64,000 nt of DNA from the NCBI GenBank assembly GCA_905178155.1, contig CAJINV010000023.1, positions 393,610 to 457,609 of the forward strand, read 5' to 3'. Under the pieces are notes generated by a model, which was not told the origin of the DNA, did no database searches, and worked only from the letters and a program-made list of their open reading frames with translations. The position numbers and the translations under genes are program-made. Shown here one piece after another: positions 22,055 to 33,632 of the stretch; positions within the stretch are counted from its first letter, which is position 1, and the number at the start of each line of letters is the position of its first letter. The stretch comes from Amoebophrya sp. A120 (lineage: Eukaryota; Protista; Dinoflagellata).

Positions 22055-25000
22055 ATGCGTGAAGAAGCTGCAGAAAAAAACAGCAGGAGCTCTTCTATTG
22101 TTGCGACTACCTGCGTATCAAATGTAGAAATGTTTGGGTCTGGAAGAGTGCAGACTTGTTATGCAGGTTTTCCATGACCCACGAGGTCTGGTATGTAGGG
22201 CATAGCATGACAGATTATGTGAGAGCTCTATCATTCCTATCCTGCATGAGAAACTGCCTCTCGATTACGTCAAAAGTGGCCAGCTTTTGGCAATCATGCA
22301 ACACAGATTTTTGAATTTGAATGATTCAGGTTTAGCATGACAAGTTAGATTCTTCCAGACCCAGACACTTTTGCATTTGATACTGCGTTCGCGGGTTTTT
22401 CCTGCTCTGGTTCCTGCTATTGTCTTTTCACTACTGGTATCAAATGCAAATATGTCTGGGTCTGGGAGATTGCGAGCTTTGTCATGCTAGTCTGGCATGA
22501 CTCAGAACTCTGTGTTGCATGGCCGCGAAGAGCTCCTCCTCCCTGTCATGCAGAAACGCAGTTTGTCATGCGGAGTACGCAACTCAGAACCATGAAAAAA
22601 ATTTGTCATGCTTGGCAGCGCATCATAGTGAGTTCACTATTCCCTTTCTTGCATCACAAGTTTCCAGACCCAGACATATTTGCAATGCATAACTGGCAGG
22701 CACTGCGGACAGAATGGTTTGTCCCGAAGGTGATCCTGTGCGCGCATTGGGCCGCCATGGAAACGGGAATACGAATCGGCTTCGAACTAAAGCATTGCAA
22801 ATGTAACGTAACTAGTACAAATTGCATTACAAGTTTTCTCAGAATTGAAAATGGAGTTTGTAATGCTGGTATACCTTGGGAAGCACATTTGTCATGCAAG
22901 TCTGCAATTAGTACGAGTAGGTACGATATTTTTGCAATGCATACGAAAAGTGTGGAAGGAAGGCGCTCGGTACCTACTCCGTGATGGCGACCAGCTTCAG
23001 ACGCATGGAGATCTCGACCTATATCAAAACGAAGCACCTCCCCTCCCCATATCGAAATGGAAATTTGTGATGCTGATTTGTGGCCACAAATCGTCTTTGT
23101 CTTGCCTATACTGTATCGGCAAGACAAAAGCGGCGGAGGAAAGTGGAATCTCGCAAGATATGATGTTAACAAAAATGTGCTCTCGACTTTGAATTTTTCT
23201 AGTTGAATAACAAGAATTCTACGAACAAAATGATGATTTTGAGTTGCTAATCTGAATGGTATGATGACTTTTTAGCATGAAAAAATTGACAACTGTACAA
23301 CATACACGCACAAATGCATTTTTTCGCACAGATTATTGCCGATATACGAGCGAAAACTGCCCTTTTGCCTGTTCTCTATCTGCACTACTGCAAACTGGTT
23401 TGTGATATGGAACTCCTAGCCTCCTACATAACCAAGGAACAGGCTCAGAAAATGCCGCCGAGCACTTTCTACAAACGAAATCAGAGTTTGTGTACGCAAG
23501 TCCAGCGTCAGACACTTCGTTTTGATATGGGGAGGAGGGATTTTTCCTCAGAATAACCTACCGTCCGGTTTCCCTAAGACTAAATGAGAAAACGTTTTCC
23601 GTCCACGATCACAACCATGCCTTCTTCGCGCCCCGCCGGGGAGGAGGAGCCGCGCTGTTCACCCTCACGGAAATTGGGGCGCCGCAGCTGCTATCAAGTG
23701 CAAAAATGTCTGGGTCTGGAAGATTGCGTAGGTTTGTCATGCAGGTTTTCCATGACGCACGCGGTCTGGCATGCACGGCCTAGCATGACAGGTTCTGTGA
23801 GATCTCTATCATGCCTTTCCTGCATGAGACACTGCCTCTAAACTTGTTCGGAAGTGGACCTCTTTTGGTAATCTATCACGCAACACAAATTTTTTCACGA
23901 TCCAGACATGGAATGACAAGTTACACTCTTCTAGACCCAGACATATTTGCAATGCATAGTTGCGAAGATGGTTCGGCGCGGAAATGGAAAAGGAAAGATT
24001 CCACCGACTTGAAAAGCCCGAGGCATATGAATTGCGCAAGTGTTTGGGTCTGGAACATTATGAGACTTTTCATGCGCGTTCTGTATGAGCCGTTACGTTT
24101 GTGATGCATGCCCTAGCATCACAGATTTTTTGACGGCTTCTTGATGCCTATTCCGCATGACAAATGCCCTCTCCGCGCAGCAAAAATTGCATTCCCTTTG
24201 CTGCTCATGCGATGCAAATTTTTTTGGAATCCAAATGCAGCATCACAAGTTACACCCTTCCAGACCCAGACATATTTGCAATGCATAAGGCACTGCGAAA
24301 GCTGATCGACTACGAGCTCGCGCGGCGCGGGACCCGCAACGGACGGCAACGATATCAAGTGCAAATATCTGTGGAGGTCTGGAAGGATGCAACTTGTGTT
24401 GGTGTCTTTGAATTCTGTAAAAAATCTGTATTGCATGACCAGCAAGAGGAGTCCAGTTTGTGCTACGCGGAGAGGACATTTTTCATGCGGGATAGGCATC
24501 AGGAAGGGTTCTAAACATCTGTGATGTTAGGGCATACATCACAGACGAGACAATCGTGCGCCGTGCAGAATGTGCATCACAAACCTCGCATCTTTCCAGG
24601 AGACCCAGTCCCAGACACATTTGCAACGCATAAAGGGCTGTTGCGAACGAAGAGAGTAGACGAGCAGTCGTCGCTCGACTTCCTGTATCCTGTGCAAAAG
24701 TATCGTACTCGTATTGCAATCGTGCATTACAAATCTTTTTCTTAAGGTGCATCTGCATTACAAATTTCCTGTCTCGTGCTGAGGATATTTGTAATGCATT
24801 TATACGAGTACGATACTTTTGCAGTTCATATCCTGGTCCCTCAGGACGCACGGGTGGTGGCGCAACGAACCTCGACCTCTGACAAGGAAGCACATCAAAA
24901 GACCTCGGCGTCGACAGCACCCTCCACCTGCTCGGTGTTTTCTTTCGGAATCAATTATCAATTCGAATTTGATGATTACTACCTGTTCCGGGAAAAGTGC

Positions 25001-26499
25001 AATGTTTTTTCCTTCGATCCTTCTATGGACCAGCGGCGGCACGCGGAATACGTTCACCACCCCCAGCGCCATGTGTTCGAGTTTTTGGCCCTCGGTATCA
25101 AAAAGAAAAAAGCCCCCACCCCATATCAAAACGAAACTTCTGATGCTGGATTTGCGTACACAAATTAGATTTGTCTTGCAGTAGAGGACTGCAGGCCCAT
25201 ATCATGCCAATGCAGAGAGGTTTTGGCCTAGGCGCTTAGCATGGGGAACGCCTATGCTGTATGGCCAACAGCATGATAAACCGCCTGCATAATGGGGCGG
25301 AGATCATGCCGTTGCTTTCTTGCAAGACAGACGCGATTTGTGGTCACAAATCAGCATCGCAAATTTTCTGAGACGCTCCTTTTCGATATGGGGAGGGGGG
25401 ATTTTTCCTTACCATACGCGGCAGTCGCGACGGGTTCCACGACAATACCAATGCAGTGTCTACGGAGTTGGTTCTCAAATGTTACACTCTCAACTGTTCT
25501 TGCGTGAATTTGTCATGCAAGAACAGCAACAGTCAAATGGGCAAGCTTGCTGCTTTCGCATCACAGATTTGGCACAGATTTAGACACTGTCTAGCCCCTT
25601 CTCGTAGATTTGTCATGCGAAGCAGCTTGATCATCTGGCGGGTTAAGGTAGTCTTGCATGGCAAATTCATGTAACAGTTGAGAATTTGTAACGTTTGAGA
25701 ACGCCATAGTGTCCACCTTGTACAAACGCCCAGAACTGCAGCCACTCGTGATCAAGAAGGCAGGTTCTGCAGCTACTCCAGGAGACGGCAACAAGAATAA
25801 AGGCACTAGTACAACAACTTCTTTCGTCGTTGCGCAGGACATCTCGCGGGGGTTTGAAGAGCGCCGGGTTTCCACCTTGATGACGCAGAAAAAGTTGGAC
25901 CATCTTATGCATTGCAAAAGCATCCGATACTCGTATATAAAATGTAAATGCATGACAAATCTTTTCAGCATGAGAAACAAAATTTGTAATGCGGATTTAG
26001 CTTGACAAAGAAATTTGTAATGCATGGTCGCAATGACTACGAGTACGATACTTTTGCACAGGATACATCTCGACGTGCTGCGGTTTGACGTGGAGGGAGC
26101 GGAGTGGGGCGTGCTTATGGATTGCAAAAGTATCGTAGTCGTAGTTGTAATCGCGATAATGCATGACAAGTTCTTCCCTGAAGGGACATCCGCATTACAA
26201 ATTTTCTTTCAGATGCTGCGGATGAAATTTGTCATGCAATTTCTACTAATACGATGCTTTTGCATTGCATAGTGTTGGATGAGGTGCAACAGACCATCCC
26301 GAAGATTGGAACCCTCTCCGCCGAGTTTCACTTCTTCTATGGGGCCAGGAATTTGACCAAGTTTTTTTCCTTGCTCTGCGATCCGGATCAAATTCAAACG
26401 GCAGGCGAACCGTCACCCTGTTTTGATCTCGGCACATGGGTCCATGGCGGAGGGTGCGGGTATCCATGTTTAGAAATTACCGCAGCACACAGCCGGTGA
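22055..26499 (+). CDS. Methyltransf_22/METTL24-like (FkbM-type) methyltransferase, probable type II membrane protein; 12 introners
   Basis: Spliced sequence gives TM segment RGFFLLWFLLLSFHYW, CSVFSFGINYQFEFD..CNVFSFDPS, HL|DVLRFDVEGAEWGVL|DE and AEFH. Frame is kept across all 12 excisions. Confidence 0.8.
22116..22382. mobile_element. Introner family A
   Basis: Repeat ctgcg. Confidence 0.9.
22438..22691. mobile_element. Introner family A
   Basis: Repeat actgg. Confidence 0.9.
22788..22943. mobile_element. Introner family B (left end TAA)
   Basis: Repeat cgaac/cgaaa. Confidence 0.75.
23022..23555. mobile_element. Introner family E (TIR core CCCTCCCCATATCGA) with an AT-rich internal insert
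   Basis: Repeat accta; about 200 bp longer than other E copies. Confidence 0.8.
23692..23958. mobile_element. Introner family A
   Basis: Repeat gctgc/gttgc. Confidence 0.85.
24026..24287. mobile_element. Introner family A
   Basis: Repeat aggca. Confidence 0.85.
24353..24632. mobile_element. Introner family A
   Basis: Repeat aacga/aaggg. Confidence 0.8.
24686..24830. mobile_element. Introner family B
   Basis: Repeat tcctg. Confidence 0.9.
25096..25416. mobile_element. Introner family E
   Basis: Repeat ctcgg/cgcgg. Confidence 0.85.
25461..25708. mobile_element. Introner family F (TIR core GTTCTCAAATGTTACACTCTC)
   Basis: Repeat gtgtc. Confidence 0.85.
25906..26065. mobile_element. Introner family B
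   Basis: Repeat catct. Confidence 0.85.
26116..26271. mobile_element. Introner family B
   Basis: Repeat gtgct/gtgtt. Confidence 0.85.
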
Positions 26500-26995
26500 C
26501 AGGGGGGGCGACGTGCCGTCAATGGCGAATCGTGCAAATCATCTGCAGACGTCACTGCAGTCGTTGTCTTTATGTTTATTTTTTGTGCAAATTTTTGTCA
26601 GAATACAGTCATGCGGTGGTCCACGTGCCATCAATTCAACGGCGAGAAGGTTGGCGGACCTCCAATCAGTTTGTTCCTTCAACTAAGGAGTACCGAAAAG
26701 CTGCTTTGTATGTTGTCAACATGATTTCTCACAGAAAAAACAAAATCGATATACTAAATTTGTTCCAGAATGCAGTAGATCATTGTTCAGATCATGATAA
26801 AAAGCACAGCCGTGCGGTACTTTTTTTTGTCTGCCGCTTTCTCGAGTCGGCGTTTTGTTGCGTGTCTGTTTGTCTATTTCCTATTCCCAGTCGCTAGGTC
26901 CTCCGGCGCGTGCCTTTTTGCGTCGATGAAGATCTTGATCTTGAATGTGGTACAGCATGACTGGGTCCTCTGGAGAACTACGTAGAACACAATAA

Positions 26996-29900
26996 ATGAT
27001 GGCCAGCACGCGCAGCGACTTCAAGAATTCCCTTTCGAAGACTGTCTGGCACTATCGAACACGCGGGCTACAGCGCTCCACTAGCACAGAGGGAATTCGT
27101 GGTTGGAAAATAATGACGTGGAGACATGTGGTATGGAGAGAAAAAAGTTTGTCACAGTCACTAACTTGCAGGTTTTGTATTACAAATTTTCTCAGCATCA
27201 CAAACTTTCCTTGTATTGCAGAAACACTAGGGAAATCCCTAATGAAGTTTGGCTGTGATGCATTTTTACGCATGACAAGCAATTTTGTATTGCAAGAATG
27301 TGCATGAGTGATCGTGACGAACTTTTTTTCTTTGATATGTGGCCCTGCTGCAATTTTGGTCCACTCTACTTCCTCCACTTGTCGAGCCAGCTGCTCTATC
27401 AAATGTAAAAATGTCTGGGTCTGGAAACTTGTAATGCTAAAAGTGAATGAGAGTTCCACTGCAATACGGAGCCAAGCATGACAAATTTTTGGGCTCCTAT
27501 GTGTTGCGTGTTCCGCATGGCAAACTGCGTTTTTGCATGACACGTAAGAGGACAGCTTCGTGCCCATGCATGACAGATTCTTGAGTCATGTCAGACATGC
27601 ATGACAAATGTAGCAATCTTCCAGACCCAGACACTTTTGCATTTGATATGCTCCACCTCGTGACGCGAACGTCATCGATATAATCGTGGAAGATGTCGAT
27701 CCAAAAACGCTTCCGACCTCCTCGGATGCAAATCCAGTGTGCTTTTTATCAAATGTAAAAATGTCTGGGTCTGGAAACTTGTGATGCTGGGTGGCGCATC
27801 ATGATGAGGCTCCAAATGCTGGCTCAGCATAACAAGTTTCTGAGCTCCTCGGTGTCGCCTATTCCGCATGACAAACTGCGCTTCTGCATCACAGAAAAAC
27901 GGAGCTCTTGGGTAACGTGCATGACAGATTTAACAGTCATGCCAGACAAGCATGACAAACATGAATTCTTCCAGACCCAGACATTTTTACATTTGATACT
28001 TTTCACCCGATGACGAAACCTTCTCCCCATTATGCACTGCAAATATGTCTGGGTCTGGAAGGTTGCAACTTGTAATGCTCAGGCTGGATCATGCAAAAAT
28101 CTGTGTTGCATGAATGCCAAGAGTTGTCCACTTTTGACGAAGTTGAGAGGAAGTCTCTCACGCAGGATAGGCATGATAGGGATCTTCCCACAGAATCTGT
28201 CATGCTAGGTCCTGCATTCCAGACGACATGGATCATGGAAAATCTGCATGGCAAGTCTCGTAATTTTCCAGACCACCCAGCCATATTTGCATTTGATACC
28301 CATCGGTGTGTTGCAATCAGACGTTCCCGGTATCTTCCAAGACCTCGGGAAGAGAGCACCAATCCGACTTGTCACAGCAGTCTCAGTCTGCTCCGCCACG
28401 TGACGACGTCGTGTCGTCGCAGCGCCAGCGCCGTCGACCTTGCTGGAGCTATCCCCTGGACGAAAAAACGTGCTGTGTGCCTTCTCGGGAGAAAACAGGT
28501 GACGAAGAAAAGGATGGCCAGAGGGCGCACTGCTTCGACGGCTCCTTGGTCACGCGTGCCCGGTGCTGTGCGCAAGCGACTGAAATAAGTAGAAGCATTC
28601 GAGATGATGCTATTACAAATCATGAAGCCACCAGTGGTAGTGGAACGCAATTTCAAGATGCTTTGGCAAAGGCAATGGACGAGCAAGAAGCTGCTCCGGA
28701 AATAAACGTCGAGAAGAGTGAAGGCCTAGAAGATCAGCGCGACCATGGTGTCGAGGTAAACGCAGTTCCAGAGTGGCTCCGCGCAGGTATCCGGCCTGTG
28801 ATGCTCAACATTTTCGGCAAAAACGAACCAAATCCTCATGCCCTTCAGCTCCTGTCCGACAACGCTCTCACGGAGACAGTACAGCGTGGGTTATGGAGTG
28901 CACATCTGGAGATGCTGCGCGGAGTGTTCGGCGAAATTCTGGTGCAGTGGAATGCAGTATCTTCATCAAATACGACCACGGAAGATCTTACTCGGGGTGC
29001 GCGCGGCTCGTCAGCGACAACATCTACTGATCGCACTCACGCTCCTCCAGCCGACCACGAACAGAGGCGATCGGAACAAAACGAGGAGCAAGCGGTCGAC
29101 GGAGTGGAAGAATACGAAGGAAGGGCAACCGAGCTTGCACTACAGGAACACTTTTTTGGCGACGACCATTTTTTTGCCTTGAGCTTCCTGTTTGGCCCCA
29201 AGGGCGTCGAGCGCACGATTCCGCGCGGAGGGGACGAGATGTTCAAGGCCGTACTTCTGCTTAGGCGGCTGGCGAAGCGCAAGGCTGCAGCTGCTCTTCA
29301 AGAGGCGACCGACAAAAAGCTCAAGGATGCATTCGGGGATGAGGACGACAAGGAAACTCATCCGTTACTTGTAGCGACACCTTTGGAATATAACTTTTGG
29401 ACCTCGGATCTGAAAAGTTCTAGCGGTTCCGAGTCTCTCCGGAGTCTTTTCGCCGCTGATGAAGCGGATGACGTCGTATCATCAGACGAAAAGGGGCGGG
29501 GCGTGCGAAGCAGGAACCAGCTTCCCAATACTCACGAGAAACGAGACGAAAGAATGAAAGGGTGGACTTTACCGCTGGACCGCGTCAATCCAGAAGAGTA
29601 TGAGCGGAGCCCGCTCTTCGTTTACGAGAAGTTACAAAAATGCAGTCGCCACTTTGGATGGGCCTTGGTCGAGATCAAGTTTCGGATAGCAGACTTCTTT
29701 TTCCATCACATTCTGCGAATCAAAGCAGCGCTCGAGCTCGGAGATCTTCAACGAAGTAAGAACGACACCGCGTCCGGCTTGAAAAACGCAGCGCACACAA
29801 CGAGAACGTTGCTGAGTGAAGGAGCACCAGCGCGCTTCTTGCGCAAGATGTGGGCCTCCTCGCAGGGTCCCCGTGCGCCTGTGCGCGGCGAAGACGCTGA

Positions 29901-31896
29901 CACACACGTCGTCTGCCTCCCCGTCGGGTTTCTGTCTACGATGACGTCTGCAGACCAGGATCTTGATCAGCGGGGCCTTTTTGCGATGTTCCGACTATAC
30001 ATTTTGCCACTATGGCTGTTCTGGCAGCGCGATAGTGTACAGGAAAAGTTCTTGCGCTGGTTTCGAAGTTTCACCGTGCGGCTTGAGAAGGCAGAGCACG
30101 AGCTTCACATCGACGCGTCACTCAGTATTGGTCGAGCATCTCGCGGAGCATCAACGCCACCTATCGCGCGCGCCGTGTTGCAGTCGCTTCCAGGCACTAC
30201 AAAAAAAGACGGGCACAAATCGAGCTATTCCCATTTCATTGCCCGGCTAGCAGAGAAAGACGCTACTGCAGAAGATGTTGCGGGTCAGGTGACGACGACG
30301 GTGCTCGAATTTGTGGACGTACGACTTTTGCGAATGACGAGCTTGCGAGCCTACGATCTCTACCAACAGGCGTTGACGCGACAGTGGATCGAGAAGCAAG
30401 AGCAGATGCAGAAGGGTCACGCACATACAAAATCCATGTTGCCCTCGTCAGATGACGCTCTTCCACCGACCACAAATGCTTCGCCGCGGAACGACGAGAA
30501 AAATAGTGCTGGCCGAAGATTTACGAGTACTGCCAACGACGAAAGCAGGACGAGAGCACATGTGCCGCCACCTCACAGCAATGACAGGAGTACGTCATCG
30601 CTTTCGGTTGCCGTATGCATCTCAGGGGGTGTGAGGGGATTCACGCAAAAGCCAGTGTATGAAAGTATCCGCAACGCACTGACAAGTTTAAAGGCGAAAA
30701 AGGTGCGGGTTTTCTATCAATTTGACTTGTCTCGGGTTACGAAGCTGGGCATTGGTGATCATTTCGACATCAGGCATCACAGCTCGAGCAGCGAGCAGAA
30801 GCAGGAGCAGCTCCGCGACCAGATCAATAACAGGGAGCAGGAGGATCTGCGTCGTGCGATACGTGCTGTGGAAGAGGAGCTCCATGGCGGGGACGAGCGA
30901 AATTCTGGAGCAATGACTGCCGACGTCAAAACGGCCTCGGTCGAGGCGCTTTCTTCCTCGTCGTGGACGGCAGCCGCCTTTCAGCAAATCGACCACGACA
31001 CAAAAAGCAAATGTCTCTCTGACCAAGTTACTTGTCCAATCATGGGGCTGCAGCGAGATTTCTGCAGGCGCAGCATTCACGAATACGAGCGGCAAGTAGA
31101 AGATGTCAGCAGCGGTTCGACTAGTGTTTCTGCTGTGAACGAGATGGAAACGAAAATAACTGATACTGAAGCAACAGGACTAGAGCTTTTCCGTAGAAGC
31201 GAATTCGATTGGGTGCTTTTCACACGCCCCGACCTCTTCCTGCAGCCTCTTGGCGACTTGCGCCGCTTTGACCCGGCCTTCATTCATGCTCCGACCAACA
31301 CACTTTGGGGGTGTATCAGCTGCAAGCTCGCACTAGTGCCGAGAAAGTTTCTCGACCTGTACGTAGATTCCTATCGTCTTGGTGGGGATCAGCGAAACGC
31401 ATTCGCATGCTATCCGCGAAAATCGGAGACCGTCACGGAGACTTTTGCCGGACAGCGAGGAACAGATTGTGGCTGTACACTGTGGAAGGCCCTGCGCACC
31501 TGCAAGGCTGCCGGGCGGGAGCAACTACTCAGCAAAAGCACCTCGTCGATGTCGAAGGACCGCGAGCACGAACAGGATTACACTTGGCAGACGCTGAAAC
31601 AAGCGGAGGCAACGCGAACTCATTTTGCAAAAAACCTAAATAGCGAACCGACAGGGCCAGCAGCCGCGCTTCTGTCGGACGAGTTGCAGACGGTGTGCGG
31701 AAACCCTGACGCAATCAAGGTGCCAAAGTATAGATCACCTGTAGCAGACGATGCAGAGGAGAAGGAGCTGCAGACTTCCGCGTCTATCCTCGACCCGCCG
31801 CTCTTGATGCCGGTCGAGCAAGCGATGACGGCAACTGTCACTCGAGGAGGGCTATGGCGTCCTGACTGGGATGCTAATATGGCGTGGTTTCGCTAG
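26996..31896 (+). CDS. Large protein with three short C(F/W)-x-CC modules and a C-terminal glycosyltransferase-like domain; 4 introners, then a 3.6-kb uninterrupted exon
   Basis: In-frame joins lead into ORF 28306-31896. Motifs VAVCISGGVRGF and FDWVLFTRPDL resemble the xAxCxSGxxR / YDxVxRxRxD GT-like family. Confidence 0.7.
27132..27337. mobile_element. Introner family H (TIR core AAAAAAGTTTGTCACAGTCAC)
   Basis: Repeat tgtgg. Confidence 0.85.
27397..27648. mobile_element. Introner family A
   Basis: Repeat tgctc. Confidence 0.9.
27747..27998. mobile_element. Introner family A
   Basis: Perfect 30-bp TIR; repeat ctttt. Confidence 0.9.
28031..28298. mobile_element. Introner family A
   Basis: Repeat cccat. 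Confidence 0.85.
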
Positions 31897-33632
31897 CGTA
31901 TCAGGGGAGGTTGGTCTTCGGCGTTCGTCTAGAACGACGTCGACGCCGTATACCTGGAAAGTTGTGAGCTTAGGCCTCAGTCAGGGTCTCCACTTTCAGG
32001 GCGAGATCTCGCAAATCGCAGGTCTGCGCGACATTGTTCTTCATGCATGATATTGTTCTTTATCTTTCTGTATGACCAATAAACAAACTCCTGCTTCGCA
32101 GCTCCTAACAATAAATTTGAACTGCAGGACCTACATCGCGACTTATTTAATAAGTCGCTAGGTTATTGGTCAAACTAGTTCGTGAATGCTTGAGGCGGAA
32201 GTTAGTAACAAGTAAGCCGGCCTTTATGTCGCGCAGTGGCAGGCGACCGCTTGAAATGGAGCCCCGATGGCCCTCACCAATCGGGAAGCGCTTCCCGTCC
32301 GAGATGGGGGCTTTGATGTCCAGCAACGTGTGGTAAAGGCGCAGAGGAAGTGGAGCGATCTTCTACCTAACCCGGGCCACAGTTGCGGCGCTAGGGTTGC
32401 TGCTGAGTGGACTATCGGGGCCGTCAGCAAAAGGCGCTCGCGCAGTAGCAGGGGTAAGCACTGCGCAGGGCAGGGAGGGGGCGACGGTCTATCTTTGCAG
32501 CGTGGGAGCAAGACAGGCAGGGATCAGCCTGTGCGAGGGCTGCCTACGAACGGCACGCGGGGCGCGACGGGGCTTCTCGCAGGGTCGAAGCAGAAGCGTT
32601 GCAAACAAGGCATGGGAAGGGAAGGGGGCACCACGGTGCTGCAACGTGTTGATGGGCAAGAGTGCAAGTCGATAGTGTGAACAACCTCCCAGACCGTTAG
32701 AACTTACGTAGAGAGCACTTGCGCCAGACTGATCCGGATTTTTTGCATACCATCTCCGGAGCGACTTGGCCCGCCGCATCTAGATAGGCGCTAGTGCGCG
32801 AAGGTTTGTAAAAAGTGAGTCGCGCCGTCTCCGGGGGGCGTGCCCTGGTCTCACTATAAAAAACTTAGCAGGGAAAGGACCCACTGCGCCGCATTCAAAA
32901 GGTTGGGATGAGCTTTGCCTTGGTCAGCTCGCCAGGGTGTAACTCCTGACTGGTGGAACTTCATTCAACGGGCGGAGGGGTTCGAGTCCACTCAAGCGTG
33001 ATTACTGCGCAATCAGTATGGGTCGGAGGTCAGAGCGTTTAGTACTGTGAGCCGCAAGCGTGGTCGCGTGGTCGATCCTTGACCTCCAGGCCAAAGAATA
33101 GGACAAACAAGTCCCGGCTCCTGTGCGTGTGCTGGTAGTTCCGCCCCGTTCTTCGGAATGTGCGAAACATGCCAGCCCCCGAATGAAGCAAAGCCCAATG
33201 AGGGCGTTCCACAACCGAATGACGAAAAAACCTGGCCTCAGTCAACGACGAGCTGCGCCGAGCCCCGCTCGAACTAATCATCATCATCAGATGTTCTTTC
33301 GAGTTCCTGTGCTTTTTTGTGGTGCTGGGCTTTTTGTACGAGCTAGAGCCACCGTAATTTTCGTCCCTGTGTATCGAAGAACATGACGAGGATCACTCTT
33401 TCGTGGTCTACAGTTGTAGCTGTACATTGCGTTCTCAAACGTATACGTTCTCAATTCTTTACATGATCTCTCTCTCTCTCTATCACGCACTTGCTGACGT
33501 GGTTGACAGTGATAGGTGTAAGCTAGTCTAGCTTACAATATAGAGGGAAGATGCAGATACGACAACTAGCAGATGCAACGAGCACAGTTCTCAAAGTCTT
33601 CGCTTTGATATCGTCCCCTTACGCGAAGAAAA

